A DNA stretch of 64,000 nucleotides from Thermoproteota archaeon (GTDB taxonomy: Archaea > Korarchaeota > Korarchaeia > Korarchaeales > Korarchaeaceae): NCBI GenBank assembly GCA_027491915.1, contig JAOZGC010000002.1, positions 192,001-256,000 of the forward strand. The letters run 5' to 3'. Position 1 is the first letter of the stretch; each line of letters starts with the position of its first letter. The notes beneath the pieces were generated by a model. It searched no databases. It was not told the origin of the DNA and saw only the letters and a list, made by a program, of their open reading frames with translations. The position numbers and the translations under genes were made by a program. Of the stretch, positions 1-9,512 are shown piece after piece.

Positions 1-419
1 TCTCGCTCTACAGGAGAAAGAGGCACGGTTACGGAATAATGGAAGACGTGGAGCAGGTAATCGGCAAGAGGCCGAGCGCCGGCGAGGTGTACCCCTTCCT
101 CCGGAGGTTGGAGGAGGGCGGCTATGTGGTCGTGGAGAGGGATCCAACATGTGATCGGAGGAAGGTTTACTCTCTGACGGATAGGGGTAGGAAGCTGGTC
201 GAGGACTCGATAGATCGGCTGTCCTCGATCTTCGAGGCCATAATAGAATCTAAGTTGTCCGTGTGCGTCAACTGCGGCGTTAAGATATACGAGGGAGGGG
301 TGGAGGTCGAGTTGGATGGGGAAAAGATGATCTTCTGCTGCGAGCACTGCGCCGCCAATTTCCTGGCCCGCAGGGGGATCGTCAGGGCGGTACGCCCTGA
401 GTCGGGCGGGGTGGATTAG
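1..419 (+). CDS. PadR-family transcriptional regulator with C-terminal TRASH-like metal-binding domain (5' truncated by the window edge)
   Basis: Frame is open upstream of ATG 39 (SLYRRKRHGYGIM). PadR wHTH pattern HGYGIM...GEVYPFLRRLEEGGYV...RRKVYSLTDRG, then CVNC...FCCEHC. Confidence 0.85.
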   Translation, partial: SLYRRKRHGYGIMEDVEQVIGKRPSAGEVYPFLRRLEEGGYVVVERDPTCDRRKVYSLTDRGRKLVEDSIDRLSSIFEAIIESKLSVCVNCGVKIYEGGVEVELDGEKMIFCCEHCAANFLARRGIVRAVRPESGGVD

Positions 420-426
420 AGATCTT

Positions 427-2634
427 TCAGAGGAAATCCTCCAATCCTCCCCCTCCTCCGCCCTCCTTCCCGACCTCAACCTCCCTGATCGCCCTCAAGG
501 TTCTGTCCATGACTCCGTCGAACAGCTCCAGGTAGTAGCCGAAGTCCACATCATCAGGACTGACGAACTCCACCGGTCGGGCCCTCTCGTTCACGCTTCC
601 CCTTCCCTTGACTATCACTATCCTCAGTACCTGGCCCCTGTGTATCTCTATCCCCCTCCCCTTCAGCCACATGCCAACCGCGTATCCCTTGGTCTTCCTC
701 TGAAAATCCTCCAGCCTCTTGCCCACGGTCTCCACAATCACCAGGTCTTCCATATCCACCTCCCTCCTCTCCAACCTCTTCCTGGCGGAGGCGACAGTCC
801 TCACTATCTCCTCCATGGGGGCCCCGCGCAGGGCCGCCTCGACGACCCTCCTCTGAGCCTTCTTCACGACGGCGGGATAATCCCTCCTAACGAACTCGAA
901 GCCTCTGGCCTCCAGCCTCCCACCGACCAAGTGGGCGTACTTCTTCTTGGATAGGTAGAGGGCCGCGTCCGCCACGTATTGGAACTCCAGCGAGAGGGGG
1001 TACTCTGAATCTATCTCCTCGGCCAACCTCAGGTAATCCCCCTCGGAACCGCCGACGAGCTGTATTCCATCGGTGTCCACGTAGATGGGTTTCAAACCCA
1101 TCTCCTCCGCCCTCTTCATGACCTCCTTTATCAGCCTCCTCCCCACGGCGGCGGTCAGCTCGGCAGCCTCCCTACTCTTGAAAAGGGCCGACCCCCATCC
1201 CATGTAACCGTACAGGGCATTCGTCAAGACCTTGATGGCCTTTTCCACCGCCCTGAGTTTCTTAACCTCGCCCGGCCCCGCCGCCGACGACTCCTCTTTT
1301 ATGGCCGCCCTCTCCCTAATGAGCTCCTCGGCAATCCCCGATATTATCCCCCTGGGTTCCGTGCACACCTCCTTGATCGTCCCCTCTCCCTCGACCCTTC
1401 TGGTGGGACACTCCCCGCCGGGCGGGGAGACCGTCTCCGGGCTTATGTTGTAGCCGGCGATTATCGAAGGGTACATGCTCCTGAAATCCAGGTATCCGAC
1501 CTCCCTGTAGAGTCCCGGCCTGTCCAACCACACGAATCCACCCTTGAAATACCCGGCCGACCTTCTCCTCTCCGGGGGGGCCATTCCCTCCCTGAGGGCC
1601 CTCCTCAGCACGAGGGATTCGACGAGTTCACCGACGGGAGACCTGATAGTCTCGTGTATCGGTCTCAGACACCTCCTGGAGAGTTCCTCTTGGTGCGGCA
1701 GTAACCTCTTGGCCATTTCTCTTATGGTATCAACCTTATCCTCCATATATCTCAGAATTCTATCCCTCTCTCCCCTCCACATGTTTGGTATCTTATACTT
1801 CGGTATGGGATTTGGTCTCTCCACTCCAAGGGCGTCGGCCAACTCGTGCCAGGACCTGGTCGGAAGCTGCGGGAAATCTCTCCACGCCAGGGCGAATAGG
1901 TCCAGATCGGCCCTCCCGGGGATCACCCTCTCTACCAGTATGATCCCCCTGAAGAACCTGCCAGTCTCTCTAGGTTCCCCCCCGCCTCTCCCTCCGTCGA
2001 GGTTCACCCCCCCCCTCTCGGCCCTAGCCTGGATGTGGGCCAGCTCGTCCGCGTCCTGGCCGTACCCGACTATCACGTCTGGATCCTCTCTCCTGACGGT
2101 CTTCAAGAATTCTCCTATGATCTCGGAGTCGTCTCCCTCAGGCCCCTCCAGGGAGACGGGCTCCTCATCCCCGACGGCATAGGCCAGGGCTATTATTGGG
2201 CTCTCCCCGACCACCGGATACCCGAGCTTGCTGTACACCACCCCTGTAAAGTACATGATCTTGAGATCCTCGAGTCCGCCGATGCCCACCGGTTCCAGAT
2301 CCTCGGACAGGAGGCTGAAGGGCTCCAACCCCCTCTCCATCAGGAATTGGTGCCACGTCGGGATGTCCCCCGCCCTGACCCCCTTAACCTCCCTCGAAAT
2401 CCTCCTGCGATCCTCCTCCCTCAACCTGACCTTCCTGAACCTCTTCTCCCTGAGGGGATCCCTCAGGACGACCTCTTCCTCCGATAGAATCTTGTCCCTA
2501 AACCTCGCGGGTACCTCAGCCCCCTCGGGTACGAGGACGTAGGGGAGGTATTCGACCTCCTCCCTCCCGCCCCCTCCGACCCAGAGTCTGACCCCGCCGG
2601 GGATCTCCTCCATGTGGTAGAATGTTCCTCTCAA
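427..2634 (-). CDS. polB: Family B DNA polymerase with degenerate 3'-5' exonuclease motifs
   Basis: Motif A DFRSMYPSII, motif B KVLTNALYGY, motif C YVDTDG, KKKYA, RGFEFVRRD, C-terminal PIP-box-like GLEDFL. Confidence 0.93.
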   Translation of the reverse strand: MRGTFYHMEEIPGGVRLWVGGGGREEVEYLPYVLVPEGAEVPARFRDKILSEEEVVLRDPLREKRFRKVRLREEDRRRISREVKGVRAGDIPTWHQFLMERGLEPFSLLSEDLEPVGIGGLEDLKIMYFTGVVYSKLGYPVVGESPIIALAYAVGDEEPVSLEGPEGDDSEIIGEFLKTVRREDPDVIVGYGQDADELAHIQARAERGGVNLDGGRGGGEPRETGRFFRGIILVERVIPGRADLDLFALAWRDFPQLPTRSWHELADALGVERPNPIPKYKIPNMWRGERDRILRYMEDKVDTIREMAKRLLPHQEELSRRCLRPIHETIRSPVGELVESLVLRRALREGMAPPERRRSAGYFKGGFVWLDRPGLYREVGYLDFRSMYPSIIAGYNISPETVSPPGGECPTRRVEGEGTIKEVCTEPRGIISGIAEELIRERAAIKEESSAAGPGEVKKLRAVEKAIKVLTNALYGYMGWGSALFKSREAAELTAAVGRRLIKEVMKRAEEMGLKPIYVDTDGIQLVGGSEGDYLRLAEEIDSEYPLSLEFQYVADAALYLSKKKYAHLVGGRLEARGFEFVRRDYPAVVKKAQRRVVEAALRGAPMEEIVRTVASARKRLERREVDMEDLVIVETVGKRLEDFQRKTKGYAVGMWLKGRGIEIHRGQVLRIVIVKGRGSVNERARPVEFVSPDDVDFGYYLELFDGVMDRTLRAIREVEVGKEGGGGGGLEDFL

Positions 2635-2723
2635 GGGCCCCCCCTTCCCAGCGGCCGGTTGATTAATTTCAGCTAGGCGGTTGTGGATCGGGTGTCCCTA
2701 TACCGGAGCGGACCGCGCTGCTG

Positions 2724-3821
2724 GTGAGATATTCGGAGATAGGCCTGAAATCTAAGAGGGTCAGGCCCCGGATGGAGGCCAGACTCGTCGAGAACTTGAA
2801 ATCCACCTTCCTGCACTCGGGGATATCTTTCTCCGGGATCGAGGTGGTCAGGGGGAGGATAATCGTCAGGACTAGGAGCGAGAGGGCCGAGGAGGCGGCC
2901 TCCAGGGTATTCGGGGTAAAGTCGGCCAGCCACGCCGTTGAGGTTCCGGCAGAGATGGAGGCCATAGAGAAGGCGGCCAGGGCCGTCGCCAGAGAGGGGG
3001 AGGGGTCCTTCGCCGTTAGGGCCCGGAGACTGACCAAGGACCTACCGATCAACTCCCAGGAGATAGCTCGGATCGTCGGGGCCGCAATAAGGGAGGAGAC
3101 CGGCAGGCCGGTCGACCTGTCCAATCCCGATCAGGTCATCGGTATAGAGGTGATTGGAGGCAGGGCCTACGTGTTCGACAGCAGGGTGGAGGGGCCGGGC
3201 GGGCTGCCGCTGGGGACCCAGGGGACCGCCGTGGCCCTGATATCTGGAGGAATAGACAGCCCGGTGGCCGCCTGGCTGATGATGAGGAGGGGAGTAGAGA
3301 TCCTCCCTCTCCACATGAAGGTGGGAGATCGATCGGAGGAGTCCTTTTATCGGGTTCTCCGGGTCCTCAGGGAGTACTCGCGCGGGGGAGAGAGGGATCC
3401 GACAGTCCTCGATCACGCCGAGACCATGACCCAGGTGACGTCCGCCCTGGCCGAGGTTGGGGAGCTGAGCTGGACCTGCCTGTTCTGCAAGAGGGCCATG
3501 TTGAAGGCAGCGGAGGAGGTTGCCCGGGCCAGGGGGGCCGAGGCCATAGTTACCGGAGAGTCCTTGGGGCAGGTGGCCTCCCAGACCCTGGCCAACATGT
3601 CGGTGATCTCCAGGGGATTGGAACTCCCCGTCCTCAGGCCACTGATCGGAATGGATAAGGAGGAGATAGTGTCCGTCGCCAAGAGGATAGGGACCTACCA
3701 GGTCTACGAGCGCCCTCCCCCCTGTCCCTTCAGGCCGAAGAGGGTGATCACGTCGGCCAGGTGGGATAAATTCGTTGAGGTGGCCAGGAAGTCCGGGTTA
3801 CACCACCTGCTCAGTCCCTGA
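2724..3821 (+). CDS. thiI: tRNA 4-thiouridine synthase ThiI (THUMP + PP-loop, no rhodanese domain)
   Basis: RYSEIGLKS, GGLPLGTQG, PP-loop LISGGIDSPVA, CLFC, TGESLGQVASQT, RPLIGMDKEEI. True start may lie a few codons upstream. Confidence 0.93.
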   Translation: MRYSEIGLKSKRVRPRMEARLVENLKSTFLHSGISFSGIEVVRGRIIVRTRSERAEEAASRVFGVKSASHAVEVPAEMEAIEKAARAVAREGEGSFAVRARRLTKDLPINSQEIARIVGAAIREETGRPVDLSNPDQVIGIEVIGGRAYVFDSRVEGPGGLPLGTQGTAVALISGGIDSPVAAWLMMRRGVEILPLHMKVGDRSEESFYRVLRVLREYSRGGERDPTVLDHAETMTQVTSALAEVGELSWTCLFCKRAMLKAAEEVARARGAEAIVTGESLGQVASQTLANMSVISRGLELPVLRPLIGMDKEEIVSVAKRIGTYQVYERPPPCPFRPKRVITSARWDKFVEVARKSGLHHLLSP

Positions 3822-5043
3822 TGGACGAAACGTACCTGGAGATCCTGTCCAATCCCTCCCTCAACCTCCCCTCGTTCATGACCAGGGGGGCGAAGGACAG
3901 CCTTACCCACCCCTCCATCCCGAAGTCGACCCCGGGGGCCAGGGCCACCTGCCACCCCCTCAGGAGCTCCTCCGTGAACTCTTTTGATGTTTTTCCCGTT
4001 TCTCCTATATTGAAGAATACATAAAAACCGCCATCGGGTCTCAACGGCCTCAATTTTTCTATGCGTGCTATCCCGTCGTACGCCCTGGCGGCCGTCCTCC
4101 CGTACAGGGATGGGGTCTCGCTCAGCATGTACCTCTTTATTCTTGATCCGGAGGTGTTCTCCATCATCTTGACGAATCCCCTCTGGATTAGCCCCGACGG
4201 AGACAGAGTCCTTGCCTGCTGCACGGTCTCCACAGCCCTGAGGAGATACGGGTCTCCGTAAAGGTACGCGGCCCTCCACCCAGGTATCCTGAACTCTTTC
4301 GACAGTGAGGCCAACCACAACTCATTCTCCCTTCTCTTCCTCGAATAATACGCCGGAATGTCTCCGTAATGGAACATCCTGTAGGCGACATCTATCAGCA
4401 CCCACAGCCCCCTGTCCTCGGCTATGTCCACCACTCCAGAGAGGGTCTCATCGTCGTAGACCTGGCCGTCCGGGTTCCCGGGCGTGGTTATGACTATCAT
4501 CCTCGTATCTGGCGTGATTAATTCGTCCAGATCCCCCAAATCAGGATTAAATTTTCCCCCTTTAATGGTCCTCCACCTCCTGATCCTCGCACCCATGCCG
4601 CTCTCCACGAGGATCTGTCTCTCGTAGTTCAGGTAGAAGGGGGTGGCCATGATGACCTCCGAGCCCCTGTCTAGCGTGGCCAAGAACAATCCGCCGGATA
4701 TGTCCGTGCTCCCCAGACCCGAGAGCAGCTCTTCCGTCTCAATCTCCCTACCGAAGACGATCGACTCGTATTTCGCGATCGCCTCCAGGAACTCCGGGTC
4801 TCCCCTGGTTGGGGGGTACCGAGCGGAGTTCACCAGTTCCCCATCGTCTTCCAGGACAGCAGAGATTCCCTCCCTCAGGAACTCCGGGGGGGGATCCTGA
4901 GGCCAACCTCCGCCCATGTAGATGAGCGGCCTCGGGTACCTCTCCGGGTGTCTCCTGTAGTCGGCGACCAGGTTCATTATCTCCCTTATCGAGCTGGGGT
5001 TCTCGACGGCGAACTCGGCCGTCAAAGAGATCCGGCCGCGCAT
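3811..5043 (-). CDS. PLP-dependent aminotransferase, class I/II
   Basis: TPGNPDG, DVAY, SLSKEFRIPGWR, GGFYVF, APGVDFG, VRLSF. Confidence 0.88.
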   Translation of the reverse strand: MRGRISLTAEFAVENPSSIREIMNLVADYRRHPERYPRPLIYMGGGWPQDPPPEFLREGISAVLEDDGELVNSARYPPTRGDPEFLEAIAKYESIVFGREIETEELLSGLGSTDISGGLFLATLDRGSEVIMATPFYLNYERQILVESGMGARIRRWRTIKGGKFNPDLGDLDELITPDTRMIVITTPGNPDGQVYDDETLSGVVDIAEDRGLWVLIDVAYRMFHYGDIPAYYSRKRRENELWLASLSKEFRIPGWRAAYLYGDPYLLRAVETVQQARTLSPSGLIQRGFVKMMENTSGSRIKRYMLSETPSLYGRTAARAYDGIARIEKLRPLRPDGGFYVFFNIGETGKTSKEFTEELLRGWQVALAPGVDFGMEGWVRLSFAPLVMNEGRLREGLDRISRYVSSIRD

Positions 5044-5115
5044 GGCCCCACCGTGCGCCCGGCGGAAGCTCTGTTAAAAATGGATCCCTGCTCACCGTCG
5101 GACGCGTCTCACATG

Positions 5116-5242
5116 GGGGCTGGCAGCTTCCGCGTTTCCCGGACCCTTGCGGAGTCCAGTACTCCGCGGAACGTGGCCAGGCTTAACTTCCGGGTTCGGA
5201 ACGAGTCCGGGTGTGTCCCTGGCCACTATGGCCGCCCGCCCC
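5116..5242 (-). rRNA. rrf: 5S rRNA, stand-alone
   Basis: Minus strand reads GGCGGCCAUAGUGGCCAGGGACACACCCGGACUCGUUCCGAACCCGGAAGUUAAGCC...AGUACUGG...GGGAAAC...GCUGCC. Contains conserved CCGAAC, GAAGUUAAG and AGUAC motifs, with complementary ends. End coordinates approximate. Confidence 0.95.
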
Positions 5243-5263
5243 GGTCGGGGGTGGGGAAAGGGG

Positions 5264-5276
5264 GATTTAAATCTAC
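5264..5276. promoter_or_regulatory. TATA box (ATTTAAAT) between divergent 5S rRNA and ileS
   Basis: Only AT-rich element in the 70-nt gap, about 25 nt from the 5S 5' end, palindromic. Confidence 0.6.
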
Positions 5277-5310
5277 CGTAGCGCGATAGGCCGGCGGCGG
5301 GTGGTCTCGG

Positions 5311-8253
5311 TTGGCCCGTATCAAGAGCAGCCGGGAGAAGTTTGACCCAAAAAAATACGAGGAGGAAGTACTCCGATTCTGGGAAGAGGGCAAAATCTAC
5401 GAGAAGCTGAGGGAGAGACTCAGGGGAGGCCCCAAGTTCTTCTTCCTTGACGGTCCTCCCTACCCCTCTGCCGAGGAGCCCCACCCCGGAACCCTATGGA
5501 ACAAGATCCTCAAGGACTCCGTCATAAGATTCCGCAGGTCCCTGGGTTTCGACGTGCTCGACAGGCCCGGGTGGGACACCCACGGCCTGCCCATCGAGGT
5601 GATGACGGAGAGAAGGTTGGGCCTGAGGTCAAAAAGAGAAATAGAAGAGAGAGGAATAGATAAGTTTATTAATGATTGTAGGTCTTTAGCCCTTCATAAC
5701 ATAGAAAAAATGGGAGATTGGTTTAGAGAGTTCGGAGTATCTATGAGGTGGGACGACGCCTACTTGACCCTCAAGCCGGAGTACATAGACAGCGCGTGGT
5801 GGGGGATCAAGAGGATCTGGGAGCAGGGGCGGCTGAAGCGGGGCCTCAAGGTGGTCCACTGGTGTCCGAGATGCGAGACCGTGCTCTCGGACTACGAGGT
5901 GAACGAGTACAGGAACCTTAAGGACCCTTCCATATACGTGAGATTCCAGCTGGAGGGGAGGCCCGGCGAGTACATCCTCGTGTGGACGACCACGCCCTGG
6001 ACCATACCGGCCAACGTGGCCGTCATGGTGCACCCCAACTTCACCTACGTCAGGGTGAGGGTGGACGACTCCACCTACCTGCTGGCTGAGCAGAGGCTGG
6101 AGGCGGTTGCCAGAGACGTCGGATGGCAGGATTACGAGGTGGTGGAGAGGCTGCCCGGCTCCGCCCTCGAGGGCCTACGTTACGTTCACCCCCTGAGGGA
6201 CCTGATACCCGCCCTGAGGTCTCTCGAGAGGGCGCACTTCGTCATACTCTCCGAAGAGTTCGTCACGCTTGATGAGGGAACGGGATGCGTTCACTCGGCT
6301 CCCGGCCACGGCAGGGAGGACTTCGAGGCCGCCCACGAGAGATACGGCCTGCCCGTGATATCCCCCGTCGACGACAGGGGAAGTTACACGGACGAGGCCG
6401 GGCCCCTAGCAGGGTTGCAGGTCAGGGAGGCCAACGACAGGGTCATTGACATGCTCAGGGAGAGGGGGGCCCTGGTGGCCTCCGGCTGGATAGTGCACAA
6501 GTATCCGGTCTGTTGGAGGTGCGGCACCCCCCTCATCATAAGGGCGACCGAGCAGTGGTTCATCAGGCTCGTCGACCTGAAGGAGAAGCTGATCTCCGAG
6601 GTCAAGGGGGTTAGGTGGGTTCCGGAGTGGGCTGGAGCCCGGAGATTCGTCAACTGGCTGGAGGACCTGGAGGACTGGGTTATCTCCCGCCAGAGATACT
6701 GGGGAACCCCCCTGCCCATATGGGTGTGCGAGAATTGCGGAGAGACCGTGGCCGTCGGGGGACTCAGGGAGTTGGCAGACATGGCAGGCGAGGTTCCGGA
6801 GGATCCCCACAGGCCCTGGGTGGATGGGGTAACCCTGAGGTGCCCGAAATGCGGCGGGGAGATGAGGAGGGTGGAGGACGTGCTCGACGTGTGGTACGAC
6901 TCGGGCGCCTCCTTCTTCGCCTCCCTGGGATACCCCTCCAGGAGAGACGAGTTCGACAGGTGGAGTCCGGTCGACTTCATAGTGGAGGGTCACGATCAGA
7001 TAAGGGGGTGGTTCTTCTCCCTCCTCAGGCTGGGCGTCCTGCTGTTCGGGAAGGCGCCCTACCGGTCAGTCCTGATGCATGGCTTCATGCTGGACGAGAG
7101 GGGGCAGGAGATGCACAAGTCCAAGGGGAACTACGAGCCCCCTAGCAGGATAGTTGAGAGGGCCGGCAGGGACGCCTTCCGCATATTCGTCCTGTCCAAG
7201 GTCCAGTGGAACGACATAAGATTCGTCTGGAGGGAGCTAGAGAACGTAGTCAGGAAGATGGGAATCATCTGGAACGTCTACAGCTTTGCCGGCCTCTACC
7301 TGTCCGACCTAGATCTGCCGGACTCGCCCGAGGGGGAGCTGGACTACTCGGACAGGTGGCTGCTCTCCAGATTCGGGAGCCTCAGGAGGAGGTTCCACTC
7401 GGCCATGGAATCTCTCTCGGTCCATGAGGCGGTCAACTCCCTGCTCAACTTCTACCTGGAAGATCTCAGCCATGGCTACCTGACCTTCGTGAGGAGAGAT
7501 CTGCGCCGCGGGGAAGAGGCCGTCAGGAGGAGGAGGGGGTCCGTCCTCCTCTACGTGCTGCTGAATTCACTCCCCATGCTGGCCGTGATCGCCCCCATAA
7601 TGGCAGAGAAGATCTACCTCTCCTTCTTCTCTTCGGAAGACATGCCAAAGAGCGTGAACTTCCTCGACTTCCCGGACGAGTCGGTGGAATCTTGGATAGA
7701 TGAGGGGCTGGAGGCAGACATGGCCACCGCCATGGAGGTCGCGAGGGCCGCGGCGGCCGCGAGGGCCTCCGCCGGGATAAAGAGGAGGCAGCCGCTGAGG
7801 GAGCTGGTAGTGGTCAGCGCGGATCCGAGGGTTCGATCCTCCCTCGAGAGGTTCTCCGACATACTGACGCTCGAGGCTAACGTGCGATCCGTCAGGATGG
7901 CCGAGGGGCCGCCCGAGGGAGATGGGTGGATCTCGTCCGGGTTCGACCGGGGGGAGGTCTACCTGTACTCCGTGCTGGGCCCGGAGGAGGTGAGGGAGGG
8001 GCTCGCCCGGGAAGTCATAAGGAGGATACAGCAGACCAGGAAAGAGATGGGTCTGACCGTGGGGGTGGAGAAAGTCGAGGTCAGGATAGAGACCGACGAC
8101 GAGACCTGGGACCTCCTGAGCGGCTCGCTCGATCGGGTGGCTGAGGAGACAGATTCCGCGGTCGTGTACCGAGGAGGGCCTGATGAGGGATTCTCCGGTC
8201 GGGTTTGGGACGTTGATGGGAGGTCGATCGGAATTTGGCTGAGGAGATTGTGA
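5311..8253 (+). CDS. ileS: Isoleucine--tRNA ligase
   Basis: FLDGPPYP, GWDTHGLPIE, WTTTPWT, GTGCVHSAPGHG, DWVISRQRYWG, EGHDQIRGWF, EMHKS. Confidence 0.96.
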   Translation: MARIKSSREKFDPKKYEEEVLRFWEEGKIYEKLRERLRGGPKFFFLDGPPYPSAEEPHPGTLWNKILKDSVIRFRRSLGFDVLDRPGWDTHGLPIEVMTERRLGLRSKREIEERGIDKFINDCRSLALHNIEKMGDWFREFGVSMRWDDAYLTLKPEYIDSAWWGIKRIWEQGRLKRGLKVVHWCPRCETVLSDYEVNEYRNLKDPSIYVRFQLEGRPGEYILVWTTTPWTIPANVAVMVHPNFTYVRVRVDDSTYLLAEQRLEAVARDVGWQDYEVVERLPGSALEGLRYVHPLRDLIPALRSLERAHFVILSEEFVTLDEGTGCVHSAPGHGREDFEAAHERYGLPVISPVDDRGSYTDEAGPLAGLQVREANDRVIDMLRERGALVASGWIVHKYPVCWRCGTPLIIRATEQWFIRLVDLKEKLISEVKGVRWVPEWAGARRFVNWLEDLEDWVISRQRYWGTPLPIWVCENCGETVAVGGLRELADMAGEVPEDPHRPWVDGVTLRCPKCGGEMRRVEDVLDVWYDSGASFFASLGYPSRRDEFDRWSPVDFIVEGHDQIRGWFFSLLRLGVLLFGKAPYRSVLMHGFMLDERGQEMHKSKGNYEPPSRIVERAGRDAFRIFVLSKVQWNDIRFVWRELENVVRKMGIIWNVYSFAGLYLSDLDLPDSPEGELDYSDRWLLSRFGSLRRRFHSAMESLSVHEAVNSLLNFYLEDLSHGYLTFVRRDLRRGEEAVRRRRGSVLLYVLLNSLPMLAVIAPIMAEKIYLSFFSSEDMPKSVNFLDFPDESVESWIDEGLEADMATAMEVARAAAAARASAGIKRRQPLRELVVVSADPRVRSSLERFSDILTLEANVRSVRMAEGPPEGDGWISSGFDRGEVYLYSVLGPEEVREGLAREVIRRIQQTRKEMGLTVGVEKVEVRIETDDETWDLLSGSLDRVAEETDSAVVYRGGPDEGFSGRVWDVDGRSIGIWLRRL

Positions 8254-9512
8254 GGGTGGGGGGATGGGTTGCCGAGGTTCACGACGTGGGGAGGAGGTTG
8301 AGGTTCATACTGCTGCGTAGGGGTGAGGAGAGGTACCAGCTGACCCTGAAGAGAGGGGTCGTCGCCGAAGACCTCTTCAGGCTCACGGAGGATCTGCCCC
8401 AGGAGAGCGTGATCGAGGCGGAGGGCAGGATCGTCTCCGAGAAGGTAGCCAGGGGAGCGGACTTGGAGATCGTACCGGAGAGAATAGTCGTGCACTCCCT
8501 GGCGGACAGGAAGCTCCCGCTCGATCCCAACTGGAAGGTCAAGGCCCTGCTCCCGACCCGGCTTGACAATAGACCCCTCGACCTCAGGAGGCCCGAGGTC
8601 CAGGCGATCTTCAGGATAACCGCCTCCCTGGTCAGGGGAATGACCGACTGGTTGGATGAGAGGGGGTTCGTCAGGCTGTTCACTCCGGCCATAATCGGGG
8701 GGTACAGCGAGAGCGGCGCCGAGACGTTCAGAGTCCGATACTTCGATCAAACGGCCTATCTGAGGCAGGATCCACAACTTCACAGGCAGCTCGCCATAAT
8801 AGGGGGATTCGACAAGTTGTACGACCTAGGGACCAACTGGCGCGCGGAGCCAAGCCACACCACGAGGCACATAACGGAGTTCAGATCCATAGCCGTGGAG
8901 ATGGCCTTCATAAGAGACGAGAGAGACGTGATGAGGGTGGAGGAGGAGATGATCCGGGCCGGCATCGAGAGGGTGGTCGAGGAGAGACAGAGGGAGCTGG
9001 AGATCCTGGGAGTGGATCTTACAGTCCCCCGGACTCCCTTCCCCGAGCTGAGGTTCCCCGAGGTGTACGACATCCTGAAATCGCGCGGTAAGGACATACC
9101 CTACGGGGAGGACTACGACACGGAGTCCGAGAGGATAATCTGCTCCTACGCCAGGGAGGAGCTTGGATCCGAGTTCGTCTTCGTCAACAGATTTCCTTTC
9201 TCGGCCAAGCCATTCTACGTGATGAAGGCCGATCCCCCTTGGGCCAGGAGCGTGGACCTACTATACAGGGGATTGGAACTGAGTTCTGGAGGACAGAGGG
9301 AGCACAGGCACGAAGTCCTGGTTTCCCAACTGGTGGAAAAGGGAATGAACCCCAAATCCATGGAGTGGTTCACTAAATTCTTCCGCTACGGCGCTCCTCC
9401 CCATGGGGGCTTCGCTCTGGGCATAGAGAGACTGATAACCCAGATGCTGGGACTCGGGAATATCAGAGAGGCGGCCCTCTTCCCCAGAGATCCCTCTAGG
9501 GTGCTTCCCTGA
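8235..9512 (+). CDS. aspS: Aspartate--tRNA ligase (archaeal type)
   Basis: OB-fold N-terminus, TRLDNRPLDLR, motif 2 WRAEPSHTTRH, ELSSGGQREH, motif 3 YGAPPHGGFALGIER. Confidence 0.9.
   Translation: MAEEIVRVGGWVAEVHDVGRRLRFILLRRGEERYQLTLKRGVVAEDLFRLTEDLPQESVIEAEGRIVSEKVARGADLEIVPERIVVHSLADRKLPLDPNWKVKALLPTRLDNRPLDLRRPEVQAIFRITASLVRGMTDWLDERGFVRLFTPAIIGGYSESGAETFRVRYFDQTAYLRQDPQLHRQLAIIGGFDKLYDLGTNWRAEPSHTTRHITEFRSIAVEMAFIRDERDVMRVEEEMIRAGIERVVEERQRELEILGVDLTVPRTPFPELRFPEVYDILKSRGKDIPYGEDYDTESERIICSYAREELGSEFVFVNRFPFSAKPFYVMKADPPWARSVDLLYRGLELSSGGQREHRHEVLVSQLVEKGMNPKSMEWFTKFFRYGAPPHGGFALGIERLITQMLGLGNIREAALFPRDPSRVLP

Noticed and set aside
5092-5484. 130-aa ORF, and 4948..5289
   Set aside because: They overlap the 5S rRNA gene and the starts of ileS or the aminotransferase
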